Origin: a virus
Reading direction: 5' to 3' (one strand)
IMG/VR virus record: IMGVR_UViG_3300028920_002946
Coordinates: 32,001 to 96,000 of that record
DNA length: 64,000 bases
Of the stretch, positions 20,603 to 30,030 are shown one piece after another (positions within the stretch are counted from its first letter, which is position 1; each line of letters opens with the position of its first letter). The translations under genes were made by a program, and so were the position numbers. The notes beneath the pieces are model-generated. The model was not told where the DNA came from. It made no database searches and saw only the letters and a program-made list of their open reading frames with translations.

Positions 20603-21298
20603 TTATCCCTGGGCCGCCGCCAAACCGGGAGTCGACGAAGTTATGATCCTGGACACCGAGCCGATGTTGAACAGATCGCTGTCATCGAACTCGTTGTAGT
20701 CGGCCGTCGGGCTCTGGATGATGTCCGTGACGTTGACAGTGCAGTTCTCCTGCACCAGCGCCGCGTCGGCCGCATAGCTGGAGTTCACGTCGGACAGCCA
20801 GCACCCCTCGTAGTAGGTGACGATAGCCGCCAAGTTTCCTTCAGCCGCGTAGTCCCCGTACGCTTCCGAGAAATTTGAGTTCTCGCTGAAGTTCGCCTGG
20901 AAGTTGTCCGACACGAGGCGGCTGATGACCAACTCCTGCACGATGTCGAACGGCCACTTGTGGTGCCTGAGCGACCGCACGATGCCGTCGATGCCCCCTT
21001 TGTACCCGAACACCTGGAAAATCATGCTCAGGTACTGCGCGGTCCTCGTAACGGCGAGTGTCATCGGCTCGGTCACGCCCGGCACAAGCTCGGCGACGTG
21101 GTCGCCGTAGCCGACGCCGCGCACGGGCTCGATGGCCCTCGTCTCAGAGGGGTCGAACGTCGCCACGACCCCTATCTGGGTCGCCACCGTCTGGTTGTCC
21201 GCCGGGGTCGCGTAGATCTTGTTCTTCTGACTGATGACCGACGCGGTCTCGGGCGTGACACCCAAACGGTGTATGTAAGTGTCCCTGTCTCTTGCCAT
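20603..21298 (-). CDS. Tail tube protein
   Basis: IGVVATFDPSETRAIEPVRGVGYGDHVAELVPG...YYEGCWLSDVNSSY...VQENCTVNVTDI, typical of myovirus tube fold. Downstream of the sheath gene. Confidence 0.8.
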   Translation of the reverse strand: MARDRDTYIHRLGVTPETASVISQKNKIYATPADNQTVATQIGVVATFDPSETRAIEPVRGVGYGDHVAELVPGVTEPMTLAVTRTAQYLSMIFQVFGYKGGIDGIVRSLRHHKWPFDIVQELVISRLVSDNFQANFSENSNFSEAYGDYAAEGNLAAIVTYYEGCWLSDVNSSYAADAALVQENCTVNVTDIIQSPTADYNEFDDSDLFNIGSVSRIITSSTPGLAAAQG

Positions 21299-21316
21299 GT
21301 GCTGGGCTCCTTTGGG

Positions 21317-22411
21317 TTACTGGAAGAGCTTCCCAAGCGTGTCGACATCGTCCTTGGTGAGTTCCACATCGGCCATCGGCGCTGTCAGCTCGATGCCTTT
21401 GAACACCATCGAGGACTCACTCCGGTCGCTGGCTTCCTTCTTCATCTCGCCGAGTTCCTCGAGCGCTTTGGCGGCCTGCTCGGCCCCCTTGGTGGCCTCC
21501 TCTTCCTTCTTCTCGGCCTTCTCCTCCTTGCGCTCCTCCTTCTGCTCCTGCGCCTTGGTCGGCTCGGCCTCGTCCTTCTTCGGCGCCGGCTCCTCGACCA
21601 CGGCCTCCTCGGCTACCTCCTCGGCCTCCCCGGCCTCGGCTTGCTTCGGCTCCTCGGCCTCCGCGGCCTCGGACTGCTTTGGCTCCTCGGCGGCCTCCTT
21701 GGAGGCCTCCTTGCGGACCTCGCCCTTGGACTTGGAGTACATGTCCGTGTCGAGGGCCTCGGCGACGTCAGGCGTCTGCTCCGGCTTCAAGGTCGAAGGC
21801 TTCTCGGCCTTCTTCTCCCCGTCCGGGGTCTGCTCCTTGGTGAGGTGCGCGTTGGTGTCGCAGCACTGCACCTTGTCCATGGCCTCCTTGCCGAGCACGT
21901 CGCCGACAAGGTTGCGGATGACCGCGTCTGTGGCCTCGCGGCTCCACGAGTTGACTGTTCCTTCCCTCTCGGGGGTCGCTTCATCAGACACGGTTTCCTC
22001 CTCCTCGCTTGCGCTCTTCAAGATCCCTTGTATCTTCGGATCCTGTAGTAGTTTCTGCACCTCAGGCTTTGTCAAGAGAGCCTGCATGACAGCGTGAGCC
22101 TTCTTTGGGTCACTCATCAGTGCGAGCTGCTGTTGCGGGTTCCTCGGCTCGAAAGCCGGGTCGACATGCTGGCGTCCCACCGTGGCTGGTCCCTTCGGGG
22201 CACTCATTTGGACACCGAATCCGCCGCCGAGTTGCGCCGCCTGCGCCTCGTCAGCGTCGAACCCCTCGCCCAGAAGGGTGGCGAACTTCTCGTCCGGCAT
22301 GAGTTCCAGGGCGCGGGACATGGCCAGAAGCTCGTTCCTCATCTGACTGTCGTTGGCAAACACGTCCGCGAGCCCACCGATTCTCTTCGAAAGTGCGATG
22401 CGATCCATCAT
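21317..22411 (-). CDS. Acidic hypothetical virion/prohead protein with N-terminal helical tag
   Basis: Start moved to ATG 22411 (SD GAGGAGA); MMDRIALSKRIGGLADVF. EAAEEPKQ-type repeats and KSAS/KEAS motifs. Confidence 0.65.
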   Translation of the reverse strand: MMDRIALSKRIGGLADVFANDSQMRNELLAMSRALELMPDEKFATLLGEGFDADEAQAAQLGGGFGVQMSAPKGPATVGRQHVDPAFEPRNPQQQLALMSDPKKAHAVMQALLTKPEVQKLLQDPKIQGILKSASEEEETVSDEATPEREGTVNSWSREATDAVIRNLVGDVLGKEAMDKVQCCDTNAHLTKEQTPDGEKKAEKPSTLKPEQTPDVAEALDTDMYSKSKGEVRKEASKEAAEEPKQSEAAEAEEPKQAEAGEAEEVAEEAVVEEPAPKKDEAEPTKAQEQKEERKEEKAEKKEEEATKGAEQAAKALEELGEMKKEASDRSESSMVFKGIELTAPMADVELTKDDVDTLGKLFQ

Positions 22412-22479
22412 TCTCTCCTCGTGATTGGTATTCTCGCTTCGGTATTTCACTCCCGGCCAGGGAGCCGAAGCCCCCTACC

Positions 22480-25428
22480 CTAGATCGAAGTGCTCATGTT
22501 GAGTGTGACAAGTATCCAATCAAGCTCCGGCACCGGCGAGTAGTAAGCCTCGACGTCCACCGTGCTTATGTCCGTTGCATTCGGCGTGACCTTGATCCCC
22601 TTGTACTCGACGATCAGCTCCGACTGCTTCAATGACTTGAAGTACGCACCCACCGTGTCCTTGATCTGCGGCAGGATCCTCGGCAGGTTCTTCGAGCCGA
22701 TGTACCTGCGCAGCACCCTGCGGAGGCCCTGCTGCACGAAGTGCTTGACCTCGACGATGCGCGGGTTCCTGGTGAGCTGGTTGCTGAGGTCCGTCGTCAG
22801 GTAGAACATGATGTCGATGACGGGGTTCCTCTCCTCCAGGACCGTGCAGCCCGCCTGCGCCACCTGCGCCGCCGTGACGTTGTCGAGCCTGCGGTACAGC
22901 CTCGTGAAGCCCGTCACGCTCTGCCCGGTGAGGGGCGTCGCGATGTCGTAGGCCGGCGAGACGTCCAGGCCCGCGACCGCCGCGGCCACGATCGACCCGT
23001 CCATGAGGTACTCGACGTCGTTGCCGTACACGTCCGTGATGGTGTACACCGCCGCGTCCGGATAGACCGCCGTGACCTTCTCGGTCTTCAGATTCTTCAC
23101 GCTGGAGATGACCGTGTCGGGATCCGTGCCGATCTCGAAGCCGATGATGCTCGTGCGCTCGTTGCGGTAGCGCTTGCTCGACTGGATCGCGTTCGATGTC
23201 TTCAGATACGAATGGATCTCCGAATCGGTGCTCAACGGCTGGATGAGCGCGGGCCTGAGGCCGTTGGCCAGAGGCTCGTTGAACTCGTCGATTCCGTCGA
23301 TGTAGTCCTGGACGCTCGCGTCCGTGCCGCCCGACACCTTCTGGATCTGCTTCACCGCTATGGCCCGGGCGCCGTTCTTGAACGCCAAGTCGCACGCGAC
23401 GGTGACTCGGTTGTTGACGTCGTAGGGGCCGTACAGCTTCTGCACCTGGCCCATGTCCGTGACGTACTTCACCGTGAAGTCGATCTTGTTCTTGTCGAAC
23501 GTGACGTAGTAGATGTCGCCCACGTCCGGCTCGTTGCCGGACTTGTTGTAGGTGTAGATGAGCACCGTGTCGTCAGTGTTGTCCTCGGCGCCGCCGTCTG
23601 TCGTCAAAACCGTGAGATTGACTCCCGGGATGACGCGCACGATGTTCGTGTTGGCGGTGATGTAGTACTTCGCCGGACTGGTCGCCGAGGTCGGGTCGCC
23701 CACGTAGTAGTAGACGTAGGTGCCCACGCCGGGCGCGAACCCGGTGTCGGCGAACGCCACCCTGAACCCGGTCGCCGGGTCGATGTAGGTCTTCCCGAGG
23801 TAGCCCTTGTTCTGGTTGTAGGTCGTGACCGAGCCGGTCTTCCCGTCCGTCGTGAAGGCGGGGCCGACCTTCGAACTGACCGTGAAGCCGCCCACGCCGT
23901 CGAAGGTGACCTTCACCCTCTCGACCTGCGCGAGGAGCGGGTCGACTTCGGTGTTGACCGCGCCCGCGCCCGCGTAAACCGGGGTCACCGTGCCGCCGGC
24001 GGCCTGCTGCACATCCAAGGCCCACCCGTTGAGGTTGGATTGGATCGTGTACTTGCCGACCGTGGCCGCCCCCGGGACCCTGTTCGTCAGAGTCCAGGTG
24101 TCGTCGCGGAGGTTGTTCTCGTGGTACGTGACGTAGACCTTCTCCTCCATCGCCTCCGAGGGGGCCGTCGCCAGCGTGATGGTCTGCCCGCTGATGCTCA
24201 GGACGGGCACAGCGCCGGCCGTCTTGGCGGCTGACCATGTGGCGCCCACGTAGGCGATGATGTCGTCGGGGTCCTCGGTCGCTTTCCCGGTATCGTCTCC
24301 GTTAACCGGCGCGCTCGGCAACGTGAATTCCTTGTTTGTGCCGGAGTTGATCTTGTTGCCGTTCGCGTCGTAGACCGGGTTGCCGGATCCGTCCGTCTTG
24401 TAGACGACCGGGGCGGCCACGCGGCCGTAAACGTATGTGTCGACAATCGACATGAACACATTGTCGTTGAGCGCATCGGATCCCACCGTGTAAACGCCCG
24501 CCTCCTGGCTGTAGGAGTTGCCCCAGTGGATGGCGGGGGAACCCGTGGCCGGGTCGGTGCTGAGCACGCAGTCGTTGCCGATGGAGTAGTCGTTCGTGTC
24601 CTGGCTCAGGCCGGCCTTGATCAGCCTGTTCACCTGCGCGGCGGGGAGCACGTCGAACGTGTCCTGCCAGGTGTTGGTGAAGTACCAGACGCGGACATCG
24701 TCATCGGTATCAGGGGCGGTTTCGAGCGCGAACATGCCGTCCGACCCGTCCAGGTCGGTGATGGTCGCCTCGATGTCGTTGACCGTGACCTTGATGATCT
24801 GGACGGTCGCCTCGACCTCGTCGCCCGGCGAGCCCGGGGTCGGGTCGTAAAGGATGACGACTGTCTTGCCGATGTCGGTGTCGGTCGCGGCGCGGCCGTC
24901 GTTGTCGCCCTTGACGATCCTGGCGTTCTTCACCTTGAACGACGTGTTGCTCCCGTCAGCCTGGTCGGAGAGATCCTCGTCCTCGACGTAGGTGTCGCGG
25001 CGCTTCATCCAGTAGTTCGCGCGCACGTCCGCCCCAGTCGGGGGTATCCTCTGCAGGGTGACCTCGCCGGTCAGCCCGTCGACCGAGTTGACCGCGACGG
25101 GCACGCTGTCGACGGTCACGATGACCGCCCGGGGGTCGTCGGAGACCGTGCCGGATCCGTCGCCGGTCACGATCGGGAAGTATTCGACGTTGAAGTTCTT
25201 GTTGGTCCCCGTGAACTTCGCCGATTCGTCCTCTTCGAGAATCAGATTGTCGGCGATCGCCGAAGATCCGCGCGGCACCTCGAAGTTGGAGATCCTCGTC
25301 TCCTCGGAGGATGTCCCGATGATAGCGGGGATCCTCACGTCACCGGCCGCGGTGACTCCCGGCGCCTCTAGCCTTGTCTCCACGATCACAGACGGGAAGA
25401 CAAAAACTTCAAGTGGTCCTATGGCCAT
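22480..25428 (-). CDS. Contractile tail sheath protein (enlarged by extra surface domains)
   Basis: 982 aa. N-terminal PSVIVET...IPAIIG. C-terminal sheath core (QVQKLYG...LAFKNGA...RTSIIG...VYPD...AAAVAG...TDLSNQLTRNPRIVEVKHFVQQGLR...YYSPVPELDWILVTL). Confidence 0.9.
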   Translation of the reverse strand: MAIGPLEVFVFPSVIVETRLEAPGVTAAGDVRIPAIIGTSSEETRISNFEVPRGSSAIADNLILEEDESAKFTGTNKNFNVEYFPIVTGDGSGTVSDDPRAVIVTVDSVPVAVNSVDGLTGEVTLQRIPPTGADVRANYWMKRRDTYVEDEDLSDQADGSNTSFKVKNARIVKGDNDGRAATDTDIGKTVVILYDPTPGSPGDEVEATVQIIKVTVNDIEATITDLDGSDGMFALETAPDTDDDVRVWYFTNTWQDTFDVLPAAQVNRLIKAGLSQDTNDYSIGNDCVLSTDPATGSPAIHWGNSYSQEAGVYTVGSDALNDNVFMSIVDTYVYGRVAAPVVYKTDGSGNPVYDANGNKINSGTNKEFTLPSAPVNGDDTGKATEDPDDIIAYVGATWSAAKTAGAVPVLSISGQTITLATAPSEAMEEKVYVTYHENNLRDDTWTLTNRVPGAATVGKYTIQSNLNGWALDVQQAAGGTVTPVYAGAGAVNTEVDPLLAQVERVKVTFDGVGGFTVSSKVGPAFTTDGKTGSVTTYNQNKGYLGKTYIDPATGFRVAFADTGFAPGVGTYVYYYVGDPTSATSPAKYYITANTNIVRVIPGVNLTVLTTDGGAEDNTDDTVLIYTYNKSGNEPDVGDIYYVTFDKNKIDFTVKYVTDMGQVQKLYGPYDVNNRVTVACDLAFKNGARAIAVKQIQKVSGGTDASVQDYIDGIDEFNEPLANGLRPALIQPLSTDSEIHSYLKTSNAIQSSKRYRNERTSIIGFEIGTDPDTVISSVKNLKTEKVTAVYPDAAVYTITDVYGNDVEYLMDGSIVAAAVAGLDVSPAYDIATPLTGQSVTGFTRLYRRLDNVTAAQVAQAGCTVLEERNPVIDIMFYLTTDLSNQLTRNPRIVEVKHFVQQGLRRVLRRYIGSKNLPRILPQIKDTVGAYFKSLKQSELIVEYKGIKVTPNATDISTVDVEAYYSPVPELDWILVTLNMSTSI

Positions 25429-25538
25429 CTCGCCTTCTCCTTTTTCATTCCTCGCTGGACTCTGCCCTGAAAGCTGTCTTTGTCATGTGATGTCGATGTG
25501 GGACAAGACTGATTTGGGATGTACATTTCATATGGTGC

Positions 25539-25552
25539 ATTAATAGACTATT
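25539..25552 (-). promoter_or_regulatory. Candidate late promoter (sheath operon)
   Basis: AATAGTCTATTAAT matches AATnnTCTnnT(A/C)AT; intergenic. Confidence 0.65.
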
Positions 25553-25564
25553 AGCCCAGCCTCT

Positions 25565-26014
25565 TCAGGCTTCGATGGCCCCCGGGCCGTCAAACTGCCC
25601 GAGGCCCTTTCGCTTCCTCTCCGCCCGGTGCTCGGACAACGCCTCGCTGAACTCCCTCCGGATCCCCTTGGACCTCTCGTCCCCCAAGGCCGCCATCGGC
25701 CTCAAGGTGCCGTCCTTGCCCCTCGGGACCTCAATCGGTACGGGCTTCAAACCGGCCCTTCTCTTGCCCTTCCGGCTCTCGAGGTACTCCCAGCGCCTGT
25801 CGGCGTCGGCGCCGATTGCCCTGTCAATCTCCTTGGGTGTCGTCAGGGTCTCGCCCGCGGCAACCTTGGACGCTATGCCGAAGGTCGTCGCCTCCACCCT
25901 CTTGGAGTCGGCCTTGCACTTCGGGCAGGGCCTCTCGTCGTCCCTCCTGTCGTAGGGGACAATCTCCTCGAACTCGTGTCTGCACCCGGCGCAGCGGTAG
26001 ACGTACAAAGGCAT
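25565..26014 (-). CDS. FmdB-family zinc-ribbon protein
   Basis: MPLYVYRCAGCRHEFE...RPCPKCKA. Start ATG 26014 with SD AAAGGGAG. Confidence 0.75.
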   Translation of the reverse strand: MPLYVYRCAGCRHEFEEIVPYDRRDDERPCPKCKADSKRVEATTFGIASKVAAGETLTTPKEIDRAIGADADRRWEYLESRKGKRRAGLKPVPIEVPRGKDGTLRPMAALGDERSKGIRREFSEALSEHRAERKRKGLGQFDGPGAIEA

Positions 26015-26075
26015 GTCGGCTCCCTTTCCATGTGGATTTATATATGTGGCGCACCCGCGCCGATAGACCAAACCT

Positions 26076-26089
26076 ATTAGCAGATTATT
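26076..26089 (-). promoter_or_regulatory. Candidate late promoter (FmdB gene)
   Basis: AATAATCTGCTAAT. Confidence 0.6.
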
Positions 26090-26095
26090 CCCGCC

Positions 26096-27547
26096 CTAGA
26101 CATACCGCGGGTAGCCCACTTTGGGGTACTTCACCTCGAACTCCGTCCCCATCGGCGTAAGCTGGAGCTCGAACACGCGGTTATCGGGTGTTACGACGTA
26201 TTTGTTGGTCTTCAAGTACTCGTAGAGATTCTCGTCGAAGTCGAGGATCTCCCACAGGACGGGCACGAACTTCTTCCATTCCGTCATCATCTGCATCGAG
26301 AGGGACTGTATGTAGTGCAGATCGTTGGTGTTCGAGTCATACACGTTCTCGGACTCGCCGGCCTGGTCGAACTCCTCGAGGGTAAGCCCCTCGTCCACGA
26401 GCAGATATCTGCGGTTGTCCCAGATCTCGTTGATGAGGAAGTCGGCCATCTCGGCGGACTCCTCGGGGTGCCGCGAGAACGCGTCGATGTCGAAGTTCAT
26501 GGTGTGGTGGCCGCTGTACACGCTCGCCGACACCTGCCTCTCGGGGTAGACTATGACCACGACCTTGTCGCCCACCTCGATCTGGCTGTTGAAGCACAGG
26601 ACGGCGCCGGGTATGCTGGTGTCGTCGTAATGGAGGGGGTCGGGTATCGGGAAAGGCCCCGTGGAGGCCCCCACGTACCTGTAATCGGCGTACAACGTGT
26701 ACTTCACGGGCAGCGGCTCCAAGAACGTGATCAAGCCGCTCTCCGTGACCGTGTAGTCCGTGCCCCTCTCGAGGTATATCTTGTCGTCCAACCGCCCCTT
26801 GGTGATGTACAGCTTGTCGAAGTCCCCGAAAAGGCCCCCGTGATCGAGCTGGGCGGTCATCTCAAGGCCCGTCGTGGACTCTATGACCTCCTCCTTGAGC
26901 ACCTGCAGGAGCCTGTCGACCATGAAGTGCGTGCCGGCCCCCGTGGAGCCGGGGTCGACTATCTGGATGTAATACCGCCCCGGGGGGCTCATGATGCCGC
27001 GGTAGTAGGACACCGTGAGCGTGTCGCCGACGACAGGCGGCGTGTCGAGCACTATCATCCCCCTGGAGCCGTCGAGGTAGTCCGCATGCACGACATCGCC
27101 GTTCAGGAGCAGGTCGACTTGGCGGAAGTTGTCCGCCACCGTGTCGTTGTTCCAGCCGGCGAGGATGGGCTTGTGCTGGGTGTAGAAGAACCTGTTCGTG
27201 CCGTGCGTGGGCGTCCCGGTTATCTGCGCCGAAAGATCCTCGTCCTCGACCCGCTCGCTCGTCTTCTCGCGGTTCTCCCACACCCACTGCATGAATTTGC
27301 CGCCGTAGTTCCCCGCCCGCGCGAGGGCCACGTAGCTCTTCATGGTGAAGGCGAAGTCGTCGGGGGACAGCTTGATGCGCGACGTTGTGGCGTTGCGCAG
27401 GACGATGCCGCGCTCCGGCCTCTCGGTGTACGGGAACTTGTGGTACACCTCCGTGCCCCGGTAGTTGACGTGCTCGTTGATGGCGCTGCGCAGCTCGTAC
27501 ATGACGCGGCGCTTAACGGCCGTCAGCAGGTTCACATCCATCATCAT
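26096..27547 (-). CDS. Tail terminator/completion protein with inserted Ig-like domains
   Basis: Directly upstream of the sheath block. C-terminal MNFDIDAFSRHPEESAEMADFL...YIQSLSMQMMTEW (gp15/gpU-like); two inserted beta-sandwich modules. Confidence 0.6.
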   Translation of the reverse strand: MMMDVNLLTAVKRRVMYELRSAINEHVNYRGTEVYHKFPYTERPERGIVLRNATTSRIKLSPDDFAFTMKSYVALARAGNYGGKFMQWVWENREKTSERVEDEDLSAQITGTPTHGTNRFFYTQHKPILAGWNNDTVADNFRQVDLLLNGDVVHADYLDGSRGMIVLDTPPVVGDTLTVSYYRGIMSPPGRYYIQIVDPGSTGAGTHFMVDRLLQVLKEEVIESTTGLEMTAQLDHGGLFGDFDKLYITKGRLDDKIYLERGTDYTVTESGLITFLEPLPVKYTLYADYRYVGASTGPFPIPDPLHYDDTSIPGAVLCFNSQIEVGDKVVVIVYPERQVSASVYSGHHTMNFDIDAFSRHPEESAEMADFLINEIWDNRRYLLVDEGLTLEEFDQAGESENVYDSNTNDLHYIQSLSMQMMTEWKKFVPVLWEILDFDENLYEYLKTNKYVVTPDNRVFELQLTPMGTEFEVKYPKVGYPRYV

Positions 27548-27591
27548 GGCGCCGCGCCTTCCCTGGCATGGGTTTACGATAGGGTCTGGGG

Positions 27592-27605
27592 ATTAACAGA
27601 GAATT
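27592..27605 (-). promoter_or_regulatory. Candidate late promoter (tail terminator)
   Basis: AATTCTCTGTTAAT; preceded by a GC hairpin GCGGGGCGC-N7-GCGCCCCGC at 27616-27640. Confidence 0.65.
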
Positions 27606-27710
27606 ACGGGACGAAGCGGGGCGCGGGTACTGCGCCCCGCGCCCCTTGTGCCCGGTGAAAGGAGTAAGTCCGGGCGTATGGGCCCCCAGCGGAGGGGAGG
27701 CCCGAAAAAC

Positions 27711-28247
27711 CTATCCAAGCACGAGCCTCATGAACAGCATCGGCAGGAGCGGATCCTCGGCCTTGGCGACCTCGGACGGCTTGACCCACACGCACCTGGC
27801 CAAGGACTCCAAGTGGGACCCGTCGCCCTCGGCCTCGACCTCCTCGGCCTTGGCCGCGTCCACCGCGAAGAGATGGTACACCGTGTCCACGGATTTGGTG
27901 CCCCGGCAGGTCCCCAGCTTTCTCAGGGCCCCGGCGGGGGCCTTGAGGCCGCCCTCCTCGCGCAATTCCATGACGGCCGTCCCCAAGATGTCCTGCTTGC
28001 CGCCCTTCTTCTCGACGCCCCCGGTGATGGAACTCATTGCCTCGTCCATGCCCCAGCATGGGGTGACCTCCATCCTGACCATCACCTCGACGAGGTTGCC
28101 CCCCGGATCGACCCTGTAGGGCATTATGGACACTATGTCGCCATCGCAGCGCTTTTCATGAAGGTAGGAATACCCGTTCACGCCCTTCTCGGGTAGCACC
28201 AATTCCCGTAGTTCCACCCAATCGTTGCCGTATAGCTTCCGTATCAT
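27711..28247 (-). CDS. NUDIX hydrolase
   Basis: Nudix box variant GGVEKKGGKQDILGTAVMELREEGGL. Start ATG 28247 with SD GAGGGG. Confidence 0.8.
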   Translation of the reverse strand: MIRKLYGNDWVELRELVLPEKGVNGYSYLHEKRCDGDIVSIMPYRVDPGGNLVEVMVRMEVTPCWGMDEAMSSITGGVEKKGGKQDILGTAVMELREEGGLKAPAGALRKLGTCRGTKSVDTVYHLFAVDAAKAEEVEAEGDGSHLESLARCVWVKPSEVAKAEDPLLPMLFMRLVLG

Positions 28248-28257
28248 GGACACCCCT

Positions 28258-29262
28258 CTATTCATTCATGGCGGCTATGAGCAACCCCTTCGCCACGTCG
28301 TTGAGCGGGTCCTTCGCCATGCGTATCTCACTGATTTCTATGGGGAAGGAGGCCCTGTCATGCTCGAACTCCCTCTTGAAGAACTCGAGGAAGTTTCGGG
28401 CGAGGGCCGTGCCGCCGCTGATGACCCACGGTATCGGGTCGGTCAGCTCGATCGAGCCGCTGTCCTTCTTGAACTCCCTCTTGATGGCGTCGATGACATG
28501 GTGTATCAGGTTGCGGTAGTACACCACGATGGCCTCGCGCTCGCGGACGTTCTTGGGGTCGCCCGCCCCGGGGTCGAGGAGGTCGACGCCCTTCTCCTTG
28601 ATCGACATGATGCGCGTGGCGGTCGTCCCGACGGCTTTGGCGGCGCTCCCGTCGATCCAGTCGCCCGATTCGGAGAGGCTGAAGCTCATGCCCACCATGG
28701 TGCGGTAGACCAAAGAGGTGTTCACCATGCCGGCGCCGAAGCTGCTCGCCAGGGCCGTGAAGCCCTCCGGGGCGCAGTTCGAGTAGACGATGGCGGCCGC
28801 CTCGTTCATCGATGTGGCCTTGTACCCCAGGGACTCGATGATCTTCTTGAACATGGCCTCGTGGTAGATGACATCCATGTCCCTGTCGATCGCCTTCGCC
28901 GGGATCGAGTAGAACACCTTCTCGTCGTCCACGGAGGGGTCCTTCAAGATGGTCCGCAGGAGGATGACGAGCATCTTCTCCGCGTCCCGCTCCCCGGCCG
29001 ACATGACCCCCTTGCTCAAGGGGCGCCGGGCCTCGCGCTTGAGGAGGTTGGCCACGCTCATCGCCGGCTCGCCCACGATGTAGACGGTGTCCCCCTCCTG
29101 CACGTAGTTCACGTTCGACATCTTGAGCATGTTCAGGGTGGAGGCCTCCGCCTCTATGTCCAGGAAGGCGTCCCTCACCGACTCCACATGCACATCCGAC
29201 TGGTCGGACCCCCTCGAGGCGCAAGCCAAAAAGCAGGTACCGCAATCCAATCCGCGTGCCAT
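28258..29262 (-). CDS. Actin-like ATPase (MreB/ParM/FtsA superfamily)
   Basis: Phosphate-1 GLDCGTCFL, connect-1 MNEAAAIVY, phosphate-2 SFGAGMVN, adenosine ISGGTA, connect-2 DPLNDVAKGLL. Confidence 0.85.
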   Translation of the reverse strand: MARGLDCGTCFLACASRGSDQSDVHVESVRDAFLDIEAEASTLNMLKMSNVNYVQEGDTVYIVGEPAMSVANLLKREARRPLSKGVMSAGERDAEKMLVILLRTILKDPSVDDEKVFYSIPAKAIDRDMDVIYHEAMFKKIIESLGYKATSMNEAAAIVYSNCAPEGFTALASSFGAGMVNTSLVYRTMVGMSFSLSESGDWIDGSAAKAVGTTATRIMSIKEKGVDLLDPGAGDPKNVREREAIVVYYRNLIHHVIDAIKREFKKDSGSIELTDPIPWVISGGTALARNFLEFFKREFEHDRASFPIEISEIRMAKDPLNDVAKGLLIAAMNE

Positions 29263-29276
29263 AACAATCTCCTTTC

Positions 29277-29963
29277 CTACGACTTACCCTTTTTCAGATC
29301 CTTCAAGGCCTTGAGGCTGTCGTCTATGTCGCTTCCGCCCTGCACCGTTCGCACATCGAGCTTGATGTGGGTGTTGGCGTCCTCGACGGAGACGGTCGGC
29401 ACGTAGACCTCCTCGGGCCTGGTCGGCCCCCCCGAACCTGATTCCCGGCCGTCCCCCGCCCGATCCAATATACTTTCCAAACGGTCGAGAATCGCAGTAT
29501 CCTTGGTGGAGGACTCCACCTTCTCGGCCAACTGCCTGAGGGACTCCTGCAGCGAGTCGCTCGCCCCCGATCCTGAAAGGCCCGATATCCTCTCCTCGAG
29601 CCTGCCTATGCGCTCCAGGAGGGCGTCCACGACACCCTGGTCGGTCTTGGGGCCGGACGACTCCCGCAGGGACGACTCCAGGGCCGTCATCCTCTCGAGG
29701 ACGAGGTCAAGCTTCGAGGTGTCCTGCGCCCGCCGCCGCGGGGCCGTCGACGTGGCGGGCAAATCGATCTCCCCGTCGATGTCGCCATACCGCTGAAGGA
29801 CGGTGATCCTGCCGGCCTTCTCGGCCCTCTTGAGGTCGTTCGACCTCGCGTACTGCGCGTTGGAGTAAATCTTCTGCTGCTTGTAATAAATCACGTCCCC
29901 GAGGTCGCTGACCTCCACCTTGTTCGGGTCGTTTCCTATTACAAGAATCATCCTGGCGGGCAT
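29277..29963 (-). CDS. Hypothetical protein (coiled-coil)
   Basis: 228-aa ORF in operon context with genome-like codon usage; no recognised motif. Confidence 0.6.
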   Translation of the reverse strand: MPARMILVIGNDPNKVEVSDLGDVIYYKQQKIYSNAQYARSNDLKRAEKAGRITVLQRYGDIDGEIDLPATSTAPRRRAQDTSKLDLVLERMTALESSLRESSGPKTDQGVVDALLERIGRLEERISGLSGSGASDSLQESLRQLAEKVESSTKDTAILDRLESILDRAGDGRESGSGGPTRPEEVYVPTVSVEDANTHIKLDVRTVQGGSDIDDSLKALKDLKKGKS

Positions 29964-30030
29964 CTTATCTGTTGCGCGCGCCCCGGAGGGCGGGCGTCAT
30001 GTCTATATGGGCGGAGGATCCCGCGGCCGC

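Noticed and set aside
8076-27547. Extracellular contractile injection system or T6SS locus
   Set aside because: Capsid, scaffold, neck, tape measure and chaperone genes in the same cluster show this is a phage tail.
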